A stretch of DNA of 64,000 nt, taken from NCBI GenBank assembly GCA_030156615.1, contig JASGME010000002.1:7085-71084 (forward strand). Reading direction: 5' to 3'. Of this stretch, positions 39,833 to 49,429 are shown piece after piece. The position numbers were made by a program, and so were the translations under genes. The stretch is from Candidatus Woesearchaeota archaeon (GTDB lineage Archaea > Nanobdellota > Nanobdellia > Woesearchaeales > UBA119). The notes under the pieces were generated by a model. It worked only from the letters and a program-made list of their open reading frames with translations, was not told the DNA's origin and ran no database searches. Positions within the stretch are counted from its first letter, which is position 1. Each line of letters begins with the position of its first letter.

Positions 39833-42800
39833 GATAAAAGAGAAGAAGGAATCAGAGAAAGGGATAGCATACAAAGAAATAACATTCTTGCCATTCTTAA
39901 TTCTCTTTTCATTAGTTTTTATTCCTTCATTAGGCTTAGGATTGGAAATAAACATCATAAATTCATCTTTAAACAGCTCAGGTAATATATTTGATATAGA
40001 ACCTACTGATTTATATTACATCATAAATGAAAGTGATATTTTGAACATAGAGTTAAATGTTTCAAATTCTAATGGAAATGTTAATTTCTCTGTCAACTCT
40101 ACAGACGCAAATATTAGTAATTCCAATACAACTGCAAATTTGAACTTTACCTTAGAAGAATTCTGCGAAATAGGCACAGATGAGAAAAACTATACAATCA
40201 AAGTTATAGCTAAAGACAGCACTAATTCACCTGCTTATAAGGATATTAACATAACAGTTTTAAGGGTGAATGAAGAGCCAATTATAAACAATACTTACAT
40301 AAACGATGATCCTTATGAGAATGATGTAGAGGTAATTTCTGACGAAATAACAATCAGGCTTTCAACCAACTCTAGTTATGAATGCAGATATGATTATTCA
40401 AATAAGAGCTTTGAGGAGATGAAATATGAATTCGAATTCCAATCAACATCAAACACAGAATACGAATACGAAGCAATATTTAAAAATCTAGAGCAGAAAT
40501 CCTATTCAATTTTTATCAGGTGTATTGACGAATGTGGCAATTATATGAAAGAACCAAAAGAGATTAAGTTTGATGTAAATCTTCCTCCAAGTGCAATGAT
40601 AAGTCTATATCCTAAACCGCCTTTAAAGGAGGGGAGAGTTAACGTAGAATTGAGCGCTTCGGAGCCCCTTGCTTCTGCACCTGAACTTACATATACTTTT
40701 GATAATGACAGAACTCCAAAGCCAGTATATCTTGAAGGTGAAGGAAAATACTGGAAAGGCTACCTAGTAATAAGAGAAGAGAATGTTGAGAAAATAGGAA
40801 GTTTCAGTTTCAAAGGCTATGATACAACTGGGATTGAAGGAACAGAAATAAAAGATGGAAAAATCTTCTTGGTTGATACAATACCGCCAGAAAGAATTGA
40901 AAGCTTGAGGATCGAAAATCAGCAAGACAGAATAAGATTGGTATGGAGCTACCACACTGATAACGACATTGAAGAATATAAGATATACAGAAGGAAGGGA
41001 AGTGGAGGCACTGATGTCATTGATTACTATGATACAACAGACGACACATATTACTATGATAAAGATGTTGAATTTAACGAGGCATATTATTATAGGATAA
41101 GTGCTGTTGATGAAGCTGGAAATGAAGGAGAACTTTCCAAGGAAATCTTTATTACATTCAGACCTGAAAAACTTGAAGAACTAGAGGAAAGCGATGAAGA
41201 TGAAAAAGAAGAAATTGCGAAGGAAGAAGAAAAACTTAAGCCAACATTGATGACAGAGTTAGAGAACATATTATCTGAGATTGATACTTTTCTATTAGAT
41301 ATAAGAGGGAAAATTGAAGAGTTTAAAAGAACAAAAGACAAAGATAAGATAACTGTTATTGAGAACCTTATGATTCTGGAAGAACTTAAAGGAACAGAAC
41401 AAAGACTTTCCACATTGAGAAACGAGATGGCGAAGCTCGAGAACCAGAGTCTAAGCGATAGTGAATTTGATAGCATTACCAAAAATTTAATTGAAGAAGC
41501 AAGAGAAGAATGGGAGAACTCTATAAAGTACATAAGTATTGAAGATTCTGAGAAATATGAAGAGGATATTGATGATGAAAAGACTACATTGGTTTTTAAA
41601 GAATACCTTGCTGAAGAGGATATTGAAGCAGATGAGAAGATAATAAAAGAGGTTGCAATAGCACAAGATAGTATAACAATTGAAACTCAGATATTTGATG
41701 TTATATTAAATACCTTTGGGAATCAATCAAAAAATTATCTATTAGTTAAGAAGGACATAAGCAGTTCACAAAAGATATCAGAAGCGATAATATTGGAATG
41801 GATTCCAGTTGAATTGAAAGGAAAGATTCAAGAGGTAGAGCTATTGGTTCAGGGAGAGGAGGTTATAAAAAATAATCTATATCGTTGGAATAAAAAAGGA
41901 CTCACAAGTTTTTCATTGGCATACATTATTAAAGGAGATATTCGGCCAGTTGATTTGAAAGACTCAAAGGCAATAATATTCAACAATGAACTACTAAAGA
42001 ACATTTCAAATGCTAATGAAAATCAGATAACTGGAGCACACTCAACAGATGTTGAAAAAAATGAAGAGCTGCATCCACTTTTCATACCAACAATTACTGC
42101 GATTATTATTGCTGCATTCTTACTTTTATATTACTTATTCGTTGTCAAAAAAGAGAATTCTATTGGGAAAATAAAAAGAGAAGAAAGAGAGGAATCAGAC
42201 AAAAGACTTAAGATAAATGATTCAAAAGAAGAGGAAATTAGAGAAGATGAAAAGATTGCAACAACGAAAGAAAAGACTTCAAAAGATGTAAAAGATATAA
42301 TATTACAAAGAGGTGATATAAAAATGAAAAAAGAAGATGAACATCCTATGATTAGTATATACTCTTACTTAGAGAATTTTAAAGAGAATCTTGAGAACAA
42401 GGACGAAATAGGATTAAACGAGAGTGAGATTATAAAAGAGAATGCAAAGAAGATACAACTGCTCTGCAAGGAAATTATTGCTATAAATACAGAAAAGCAT
42501 GCAGAGACCACTAAAAGATACATACTAAAAGCACTTAAACAGATTGAGGAAAATAAAGAATATAAACCTAAAGAAGAAAATAATGCAACAAAGCACAAGA
42601 TAGGATTAGAGAAAAGAAAGCTCCTTGTGAAAAAAGGGATTGAAAAAAAGAATAAAGAAGAAAATGCTAAAAATGGAACTAAAAAAGATAACAATTTTGA
42701 AGAAAAGAATAAAGAAAATAAAAAAGATAGGATTATGATCTCTCCTGAAGGCAAGGAGTTTAGACTAGCGAACGGAGAGCTTATCAGGAGCACAAATGAG

Positions 42801-42989
42801 TTGGTTGAAAAGCTTGAAAAGATGAAAGACGAAACATTCTCCCACCACATCCGTGAAATTAATGGAGAAACAAGAAACGACTTTGCAATATGGTTAAGAG
42901 ATGTATTTGGCTTTGAAGATGACTTCCCAAATATGAATAAAATAAAAGACAGAGTTGAATTCTTAGAAAAGATAAAGGAAATTTTATAG
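39816..42989 (+). CDS. Giant single-pass surface protein (ectodomain with FN3 domain, coiled coil, TM, K/E-rich cytoplasmic tail with conserved C-terminal module)
   Basis: Track start 39816 is TTG; ATG at 39822 is more likely. FN3-like block 'IENQQDRIRLVWSYHTDNDIEEYKIYRRKG...YYYRISAVDEAGNEGELSKEIFITF'. TM 'ITAIIIAAFLLLYYLFVV' at about aa 750. C-terminal module 'EGKEFRLANGELIRSTNELVEKLEKMKDETFSHHIREINGETRNDFAIWLRDVFG' is shared with the 52584..56531 ATPase. Confidence 0.7.
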   Translation: MKMKIRIKEKKESEKGIAYKEITFLPFLILFSLVFIPSLGLGLEINIINSSLNSSGNIFDIEPTDLYYIINESDILNIELNVSNSNGNVNFSVNSTDANISNSNTTANLNFTLEEFCEIGTDEKNYTIKVIAKDSTNSPAYKDINITVLRVNEEPIINNTYINDDPYENDVEVISDEITIRLSTNSSYECRYDYSNKSFEEMKYEFEFQSTSNTEYEYEAIFKNLEQKSYSIFIRCIDECGNYMKEPKEIKFDVNLPPSAMISLYPKPPLKEGRVNVELSASEPLASAPELTYTFDNDRTPKPVYLEGEGKYWKGYLVIREENVEKIGSFSFKGYDTTGIEGTEIKDGKIFLVDTIPPERIESLRIENQQDRIRLVWSYHTDNDIEEYKIYRRKGSGGTDVIDYYDTTDDTYYYDKDVEFNEAYYYRISAVDEAGNEGELSKEIFITFRPEKLEELEESDEDEKEEIAKEEEKLKPTLMTELENILSEIDTFLLDIRGKIEEFKRTKDKDKITVIENLMILEELKGTEQRLSTLRNEMAKLENQSLSDSEFDSITKNLIEEAREEWENSIKYISIEDSEKYEEDIDDEKTTLVFKEYLAEEDIEADEKIIKEVAIAQDSITIETQIFDVILNTFGNQSKNYLLVKKDISSSQKISEAIILEWIPVELKGKIQEVELLVQGEEVIKNNLYRWNKKGLTSFSLAYIIKGDIRPVDLKDSKAIIFNNELLKNISNANENQITGAHSTDVEKNEELHPLFIPTITAIIIAAFLLLYYLFVVKKENSIGKIKREEREESDKRLKINDSKEEEIREDEKIATTKEKTSKDVKDIILQRGDIKMKKEDEHPMISIYSYLENFKENLENKDEIGLNESEIIKENAKKIQLLCKEIIAINTEKHAETTKRYILKALKQIEENKEYKPKEENNATKHKIGLEKRKLLVKKGIEKKNKEENAKNGTKKDNNFEEKNKENKKDRIMISPEGKEFRLANGELIRSTNELVEKLEKMKDETFSHHIREINGETRNDFAIWLRDVFGFEDDFPNMNKIKDRVEFLEKIKEIL

Positions 42990-43042
42990 AACAGTTTTAT
43001 AATGTTATCTATATAGAAAGGTTGATAATGATAAATGCACAG

Positions 43043-43215
43043 TTTAACTGATTTAATAATGATTGAATTATAGAAATTATATAATCAACGGCATCATGCC
43101 TAAAATCATCATTGCTTCTGCATATCCAAACAATCCAAAGCGTCGAAGTTTTCAGCGCTCCTGCATTTGTTTCTTCCTTGTTTCTCTTGATTTAACTGAT
43201 TTAATAATGATTGAA
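43043..43215. repeat. Perfect 25-bp direct repeat pair (TTTAACTGATTTAATAATGATTGAA) separated by 123 bp
   Basis: Copies at 43043..43067 and 43191..43215 in the convergent intergenic region between 39816..42989 (+) and 43256..44152 (-). Confidence 0.8.
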
Positions 43216-43255
43216 GTACAATAATAGACATAAAAGAAATTTTAAGTTAATACAT

Positions 43256-44152
43256 TCATGGAGCAGTGGCCGTGAACCTTATTGTTCCGCTACATTCTCC
43301 AAATGGATTAGGTGGAACATATAACTGCCAATAGCTTGACCATATCACGGGATTTATTTCCTCTGTTGCCTGCGGTATTGTAATATTCATATCCTGCGCC
43401 GTTGAAGCAAGAGGAATTTTGTTGTCCCAAGGCACATCATAACCAGAGAATCTTTCGTTCTCAACACTGATATTATCGCCATGTTCACACACCAAGCCAA
43501 TACCATCTCCTTCTATCATTCCATAGCCAAGAACACTTACATTTATGTCCATATTACCAAAGTTTGTGATATTGGCTGTTATATTGTCACTTGTTTCCAT
43601 GACCGCCAGATCTCCGAAGTCAATCACATCAGTTACATTCAAAGCGTAAAGGGCATTTATAATGGTTGAATTATCGGCTGAATCTGTGAATCCGTATGTA
43701 TCCTCTGCAGTTACATTGCAACTCCAACTCCCATTATTTGCAAAATACGCTAATGTAAAAGAACAGGCATAGTTTGCTATGAATTCGCCATCATTACTAA
43801 TCTCAACGCAGCTTCCATTAGTATAATGCACATTCCTATGATCAGGATCGGATGATTCATTTAGATAGTAATAAAAAGTACCATTAACTTTGGAGATGTC
43901 ATTGAAGCCGTTCCAATCCCTGATTGTCGCGTTGCATGTTATTGTTGTATTACCTCCTGCATTCAATGTAATGTCCTGCTCAGCCTCAACAGAAAGAATC
44001 TCCGGCATTGCATCTGTTACATTGACTTTGGAAGTTACATTAACATACTCATATTTATAGGCTTCAACAAATGAAGGGAAAAGGAAAAACAGGCAAAATA
44101 ACAAAGCTAACACTCCAAGCATCCTAAATTTGTTTTTTGTATTTATTCCCAT
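43256..44152 (-). CDS. Secreted protein, family A paralog (cassette B)
   Basis: About 65% identity to 30983..31885, same C-terminal '...GTIRFTATAP'. Confidence 0.65.
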   Translation of the reverse strand: MGINTKNKFRMLGVLALLFCLFFLFPSFVEAYKYEYVNVTSKVNVTDAMPEILSVEAEQDITLNAGGNTTITCNATIRDWNGFNDISKVNGTFYYYLNESSDPDHRNVHYTNGSCVEISNDGEFIANYACSFTLAYFANNGSWSCNVTAEDTYGFTDSADNSTIINALYALNVTDVIDFGDLAVMETSDNITANITNFGNMDINVSVLGYGMIEGDGIGLVCEHGDNISVENERFSGYDVPWDNKIPLASTAQDMNITIPQATEEINPVIWSSYWQLYVPPNPFGECSGTIRFTATAP

Positions 44153-44181
44153 TTCAAATGCCTCTAGTTGAATTGTTTATT

Positions 44182-44961
44182 TTAATCAGCAATCTCCGCG
44201 AAAAAGTAATATGTTGTCGTGGCATCAACTTTATCTGGAATCATTATCTGAAAATCTACTTTTGCCCCTGTACGATACGAATCGCTTCCTTGATTTATTG
44301 GGGAAGCATATACTACATCTGTTTCAGATGCTAACAGCACAACAGGGAAATCGGCTGAGGCTTGGGCCTGAACACTATCATTTACATAGGTACTGGTACT
44401 TCTACAGCTATCTGACGGGATTGTGACTGATCCTACAATTAATTCAGGATGCTTTGTTTCGTTGAATGTTCTATTTATGCTGTATGCTGAGGCTGAGGAA
44501 AAACCCATATATGTATCTTCACTTGCAAGAACCGTTTCGTTTGAACACTCGATTGATGTCCAACTTGGCTCCATCTGTCTTGAAACATATACCTCTCCTG
44601 TTAGATCGGTGGATTCAAGTTCCCATTGATAAATAGAGTAACCAGATGCATCTTGTAAGACTAATGTTCCGGTAATGTTTCCTACATAAGCTTTCCAATA
44701 ATCATTCTGCTGTGTAAAATCCACTCCTAAAGTAGTTATGGTTCCTCCTTCATCAGAACGATTGTCTGGGGAAGCAGTTTGTTTGGATTCTGTGAAGTTT
44801 GAAACAATAGACATTCCCTCTGGTTCTGCAGTTACAAAACTAGTGATTAAAGACATTACAGAAATTACAGAGAGCATAATCAAAAATAAAGAAGATGACA
44901 CTCCGTCGTTGACAAGAGATGCTCCTTTTTTCCTCTCCGTTTCTTTTAAAGCATTATTCAT
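44182..44961 (-). CDS. Secreted protein, family B paralog (cassette B)
   Basis: 'WKAYVGNITGTLVLQDASGYSIYQWEL', C-terminal 'YYFFAEIAD'. Confidence 0.65.
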   Translation of the reverse strand: MNNALKETERKKGASLVNDGVSSSLFLIMLSVISVMSLITSFVTAEPEGMSIVSNFTESKQTASPDNRSDEGGTITTLGVDFTQQNDYWKAYVGNITGTLVLQDASGYSIYQWELESTDLTGEVYVSRQMEPSWTSIECSNETVLASEDTYMGFSSASAYSINRTFNETKHPELIVGSVTIPSDSCRSTSTYVNDSVQAQASADFPVVLLASETDVVYASPINQGSDSYRTGAKVDFQIMIPDKVDATTTYYFFAEIAD

Positions 44962-45033
44962 TTTTATACCCCGCCGACCTATTTCACTTTAAAATATTAA
45001 AATTAAATAAAAAAATAAAAAAATAAAGGAGAT

Positions 45034-45795
45034 TTATTCAATCTCCAACCAAAAGTAATATGGAGTCACTTGATTATCTGCGTTGTGACCATTCTCTGCA
45101 ACTAATATCTGGAAATCATAGTTTTTTCCATCATAACCAGTAATGCCTTGTCTTTGTCCTTCAGTTTTATCTTCCAAAATAGCTGTAAAGATTAATGTTG
45201 AGTTGGAATCGCTGGCTAGAAGTACTGCCGGAAAATCTGTGCTTTGGCTTGCGTTGTTTATGAATGTATAAGCTGTTTGGCAGTTGTTTAAGGTAGTATA
45301 CCCAACATAAAACTCTGGATGATTAGTATAATTATAGGTATCGTTTATATCATCATAATCGCTTTCTATCATTCCGTAGAAGTTATACCAATTGGCCCTA
45401 TAATTAGGATCATCGCTAATAGGAGCGCAGTTGATATCTGTCCATGTAATAGTACTGTTTACTGAAGTAAAGACCTCTCCCTGAGGCTCGGCAACAGACC
45501 AATCATAAAACCTAAATCCAGATGCATCTGCTAAGATTATCTCGCCTGTAACATTTCCGAAGTAACCTTGCCATGATTGCGTCTGAGAAACACCAGTTAT
45601 ATCAAGTTCTGTTAGGTTACCTGCAATAGCATCCACTGAATCAGGGATATATAAGCTGTTGTTTGAATGCTCACTTCTTACAACATCAGCTTTTTCTGCT
45701 CCTAATGGAACATTCTGAGCTGTTCCTAAATAAACTGAAAAAAGCCCTATCAGAACAAAAGAAATTACAAAAACCGTTCTATTATCCATTTCCAT
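45034..45795 (-). CDS. Secreted protein, family B paralog (cassette B)
   Basis: Track ORF extends to 45960. The internal Met at 45795 ('MEMDNRTVFVISFVLIGLFSVYLGTAQN') gives a family-typical size (about 253 aa) and signal peptide. 'WQGYFGNVTGEIILADASGFRFYDWSV', C-terminal 'YYFWLEIE'. Confidence 0.6.
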   Translation of the reverse strand: MEMDNRTVFVISFVLIGLFSVYLGTAQNVPLGAEKADVVRSEHSNNSLYIPDSVDAIAGNLTELDITGVSQTQSWQGYFGNVTGEIILADASGFRFYDWSVAEPQGEVFTSVNSTITWTDINCAPISDDPNYRANWYNFYGMIESDYDDINDTYNYTNHPEFYVGYTTLNNCQTAYTFINNASQSTDFPAVLLASDSNSTLIFTAILEDKTEGQRQGITGYDGKNYDFQILVAENGHNADNQVTPYYFWLEIE

Positions 45796-46022
45796 AATAT
45801 CCACCTCTTTTATCTTGTTTTTGATTTTAAAAGTCAGTTTTTGAGGAATTCCAAGGAGCACATAGGCTCTCTCGACTTTTCTCAAAACTGCTTTAATCAA
45901 CAGATATACATAAAAGCACACCAATATATAAATTTTTCTGTTTTGGAGACTCATATACAAAATCTTCTCATAAAATTAAAAAGATATACAAGAGAAACTA
46001 AGAAAATAACTTTTGAAAAGGA

Positions 46023-47708
46023 TTAATTCTTAGCGAGATAGAAGTATCGGGATTTCAAGAGCATTAAGGAGAGAACTACAAGAATCATCAATCCAGCAAT
46101 ATAAAACAACAAAGGACAAAGAGAAGGAAATATAGAAGAAATAGAATCTCCGAACAAGAGAGAGCGTCTCAACGACTCTGAACCAATAACATAGGGGTTG
46201 AAATGAGCAATCTTCTGCACAACAGGAGACAGATTTTCTAACGAAAGAACAAGATTAGAAAGGAAAAGAAATACAGAGCCCAAGGCAATTGATATCATCG
46301 TTATGCCTTCAAAAGTATTTAAGAGATTTCCCAAAAACAAACCTAGCAATGAGAAAACTGTTATACTTAAAAATAGTATCAACAGAGTTGACCCTATGTT
46401 AGCTATAAGAGGGATATCAAAGCAAAAATAGGCAACAAGAAACACTATAAACATCTGTATAGATATAAGTATTATAGAAGTAACATAAATCATAAAGGAA
46501 AAGAAAGATAATCTTACTGGCGTAACGAAGTTTCTAAAGAAGGCTTTTGATTTCTTTTCCATAAGCATCATCGTGCTAGGTAGCATCATTCCTACAAAAA
46601 GTACGATTAGCATCAGAAGGTATGGAAAGGTATAAACAAGCTTCCTTCTGTCTGCATTAACAGGTTTAATATTGGTTTCAACAGGAGAAGCAATAAGCTC
46701 TGGATTAGTTAATTCAAAAGAAGCAATCTCGCCAGAGATTTTATATAGATTCTCATCTAAAGTTGATAAAACAGGTTCCTGCTCGTCTAAACCTGACTTA
46801 ATATCCCGAGCAATTATTTGAAGTTTGGCTTTATCTTCTTCAAGTCCCTCAATTCTATTTCCAATTGAATCAATCTTTATTTGGGTTGAATTAATGCCCT
46901 CATTAAGAGATGAAACATAAACGAAGTAAGAGATGCTATTTTTCCATTCTTCTTCTAACTTAGATATGTCTGATTTTAGTTCGTCAAATTCGCTCTCATT
47001 CATATCAGAAAGAACTTCCTCTGCACTATCTATAACATCCTTGCTGGCATGTCTAACTGAGTAGAGATAATCATTAAGTTTTTCTACATCATATTTCATG
47101 TCTGAAACATCAATGTCAATAGTTGGAAGATTAAATGAACTTAACTCTTTTTCAAGCTCCTGCTGTAGTTGCTTATTCTGTTGCTGTTTTTCTTCTAGCT
47201 CATTCAGTTGTGAGATGCTTTCATCAACCATTTGCTGAGACATTTGTAATATAGAAATAAGCTTAGATCCAATCTCCTCAGTTATTTCTTTACTCTCTGA
47301 CTGAACATCTGTCTGAATTGAATTAATTACCTCGTATACAAGATTCATACGAGATTCATCTACATAAAAGTCCAATACATTTCTTGCGTTATGATCTAAA
47401 GAAAGATTCTGAGGGATATTAACACAAGCACTAACCACGCCAAGTTCTATGGCTCTTTTACAAGAAAAGATTTCAGGGAAATAAATTAAATCATTATCAG
47501 AGGAGTTTAAACTATCAAGAATCCTTTGACTAAGTTCTCCTGTGGAATTTCCAGAGAAACCAATATTTAATTTTGTAGTTTCAGAAGAAGATAGACTTGC
47601 TCCAATAATCAATACAATGAGCAGAGGAGCAATCAAAACTATCAAGGCCGAGCCCCATGACCTAAAAAGAATTTTTAGGTTCTTGAAAAATATTGTAAAA
47701 AATATCAT
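46023..47708 (-). CDS. ABC-2 family permease with YhgE/Pip-type coiled-coil ectodomain (second copy)
   Basis: Same architecture as 14043..16064: N-terminal TM, about 330-aa coiled-coil loop, C-terminal TM bundle. Confidence 0.75.
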   Translation of the reverse strand: MIFFTIFFKNLKILFRSWGSALIVLIAPLLIVLIIGASLSSSETTKLNIGFSGNSTGELSQRILDSLNSSDNDLIYFPEIFSCKRAIELGVVSACVNIPQNLSLDHNARNVLDFYVDESRMNLVYEVINSIQTDVQSESKEITEEIGSKLISILQMSQQMVDESISQLNELEEKQQQNKQLQQELEKELSSFNLPTIDIDVSDMKYDVEKLNDYLYSVRHASKDVIDSAEEVLSDMNESEFDELKSDISKLEEEWKNSISYFVYVSSLNEGINSTQIKIDSIGNRIEGLEEDKAKLQIIARDIKSGLDEQEPVLSTLDENLYKISGEIASFELTNPELIASPVETNIKPVNADRRKLVYTFPYLLMLIVLFVGMMLPSTMMLMEKKSKAFFRNFVTPVRLSFFSFMIYVTSIILISIQMFIVFLVAYFCFDIPLIANIGSTLLILFLSITVFSLLGLFLGNLLNTFEGITMISIALGSVFLFLSNLVLSLENLSPVVQKIAHFNPYVIGSESLRRSLLFGDSISSIFPSLCPLLFYIAGLMILVVLSLMLLKSRYFYLAKN

Positions 47709-47749
47709 TCAAATCATCTTCTCATATTATATTTTTGTTAATTTTTGCA

Positions 47750-48733
47750 TTAATCATGAAGGAATGCCTGATCCAAAGAAGGATTCTTTAATCCTAACTC
47801 AATTATCTCATCTCCCTGAGATTCAACCATTTCTTCTATATAATTCATAAGTTCTAAAGGATTATTACATATAAAAACGACCTCAACAAGGTCATCATGC
47901 CCTTCTACTACTTTGCTCGCAAGAATGCTTTGCTTAAATTTCCTTTCCACTTTATTTATCAAAGAATCGTAATTCCCTTCTCGTGTTCTTAGAATTATTT
48001 TATGGCCACGCGAGAATCGTTCTCGTAACTCAACCGGCGAACCTATTTCCTTAATCATACCATCTTCAAGGAGGGCTACCCTAGAGCATACTCTCTCTAA
48101 ATCATTTACCAAATGACTTGAGAGAAGTATGGTTGTGCCAGTCTTATTTATCCGACGAATAAGATCCCATATCTTCTCAATAAGTAGAGGATCTAAATCA
48201 GATGTTGGTTCATCTAAAATAAGAAGTTTTGGATTATGGATAAGAGCACACGCAATATCAAGTCTTCTTTTCATTCCCCCGGAGAGATTACGAGCAAGCA
48301 TCTGCTTTGAATCTGAAAGAGACATTAAATCCAATAAAAGGGTGATATTTGATTTAAGCGTATCGCTAGAAAGTCCGTATAACTTTCCAAAGTATCTAAG
48401 ATTCTCCAAAACATTCATATTGTCATAAAAGCTCGGGGTTTGAGCTGCAAAGCCAAAGAACTCTTTAAATTCCCTGCCATGCTTTAATATAGAACGAAAC
48501 TCAGAGGCATAAGAACCATTTTGAGTTTTCTTCTGCACAAGATACTTAACATCGCCTTTATCAGGCTTGAGAAAACCAATTATACAACTCAAAAGGGTAG
48601 TTTTTCCTGCTCCACTTGCTCCCATAATACCTAAAATTTCACCTTCATCAAGAGAAAAAGAGACCCCCTTTAAAACAGGAAGCTTGCCAAAAGTCTTGCT
48701 CATCCCTTCCACCGTTAATAAAGGATTCCCCAT
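47750..48733 (-). CDS. ABC transporter ATP-binding protein (second copy)
   Basis: Walker A 'GASGAGKTT', signature 'LSGGMKRRLDIACAL', Walker B 'LLILDEPTSDLD'. Confidence 0.9.
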   Translation of the reverse strand: MGNPLLTVEGMSKTFGKLPVLKGVSFSLDEGEILGIMGASGAGKTTLLSCIIGFLKPDKGDVKYLVQKKTQNGSYASEFRSILKHGREFKEFFGFAAQTPSFYDNMNVLENLRYFGKLYGLSSDTLKSNITLLLDLMSLSDSKQMLARNLSGGMKRRLDIACALIHNPKLLILDEPTSDLDPLLIEKIWDLIRRINKTGTTILLSSHLVNDLERVCSRVALLEDGMIKEIGSPVELRERFSRGHKIILRTREGNYDSLINKVERKFKQSILASKVVEGHDDLVEVVFICNNPLELMNYIEEMVESQGDEIIELGLKNPSLDQAFLHD

Positions 48734-48821
48734 TATTTGATTAATGTAAATACTCAGTTTTTAAATTTTGTTGTTAGACTTACGATGTCTGTTTTGATAT
48801 ATAAAACAGGTTATTTCTTTT

Positions 48822-48929
48822 AAACAAACAAAAGTTTTAAATAGTGAAACAAACAAGGAAGAACAAAACGCATACATAACAATTACAAATAGGCAGTTTA
48901 AGACTACAAGAACATACAAAAACAAACAA
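48822..48929. promoter_or_regulatory. Divergent intergenic region with three AAACAAACAA motifs (48822, 48847, 48920) in an ACA-rich, strand-skewed tract
   Basis: Seen directly. It lies between the ABC ATPase (-) and the tandem RHH genes (+), a candidate operator/promoter region. Confidence 0.3.
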
Positions 48930-48987
48930 ATAAAACGCTTTTTGAATACATAAAGCATACAAAAAGATTACAAAAACATAAGAATAA

Positions 48988-49182
48988 TTGATTAGAATGG
49001 CTAAGATAGAAACTGTAAATGTAAGAATCCCAAGGAAGGTGGTGGATTGGTTAGATAGTTTAATCAGGGAAGGGCTCTACAAATCTCGTTCTGAAGCAAT
49101 ACGAGCCATTCTAAGAGAATATGTTTTAAGCGAAGAGAAAGCTGAAAAATCTGTTTCTTTGGAGGATGAGAGAAATGAATGA
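48988..49182 (+). CDS. Ribbon-helix-helix (CopG/NikR-N-like) DNA-binding protein
   Basis: 'KIETVNVRIPRKVVDWLDSLIREGLYKSRSEAIRAILREYV' is the canonical RHH strand-helix-helix. Confidence 0.55.
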   Translation: MIRMAKIETVNVRIPRKVVDWLDSLIREGLYKSRSEAIRAILREYVLSEEKAEKSVSLEDERNE

Positions 49183-49429
49183 TGTATTAGTTACGATTAG
49201 GATGCCCTCTCCTCTAGTTAAAAGACTTAATTCTTTATGTGAAAAAAACTTTTATATGGACCTTTCTGAGCAGATAAGAGATGTGCTAAACAAGAAGTTT
49301 CTGGAGCATGAAAATCAGAAATCTAATGCCACTAAGAAGAGCTCAAATAAAAAAGAACTAGCATACATGCTTGAAAGGAACGAACAATTACTGAGAGAAT
49401 TAAAAGAATCTTTGAGGAATTTAAAATGA
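49166..49429 (+). CDS. Second small RHH-like protein
   Basis: 'VLVTIRMPSPLVKRLNSLCEKNFYMDLSEQIRDVLNKKFLEH' has the same beta-alpha-alpha pattern. Overlaps both the upstream RHH gene and the downstream giant gene. Confidence 0.4.
   Translation: MREMNDVLVTIRMPSPLVKRLNSLCEKNFYMDLSEQIRDVLNKKFLEHENQKSNATKKSSNKKELAYMLERNEQLLRELKESLRNLK

Noticed and set aside
41090-42850. Minus-strand ORFs 41090..41533, 42365..42850, 40764..40955, 55562..56383 and 56538..56972, which are S/L/F-rich.
   Set aside because: They are antisense to the K/E-rich segments of the giant + strand genes. GAA/AAG-rich sense codons give TTC/CTT-rich antisense ORFs that are open by composition only.
45796-45960. N-terminal 55-aa extension of ORF 45034..45960.
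   Set aside because: The family-typical signal peptide begins at the internal Met (45795). The extension, 'MYMSLQNRKIYILVCFYVYLLIKAV...', has no counterpart in the three paralogs, so the shorter start was preferred.
48761-48958. 65-aa minus-strand ORF in the divergent intergenic region.
   Set aside because: It is entirely the complement of the ACA-rich tract, giving a Phe/Val/Leu/Cys-rich translation. No start context or family was evident. The region is better explained as regulatory DNA.
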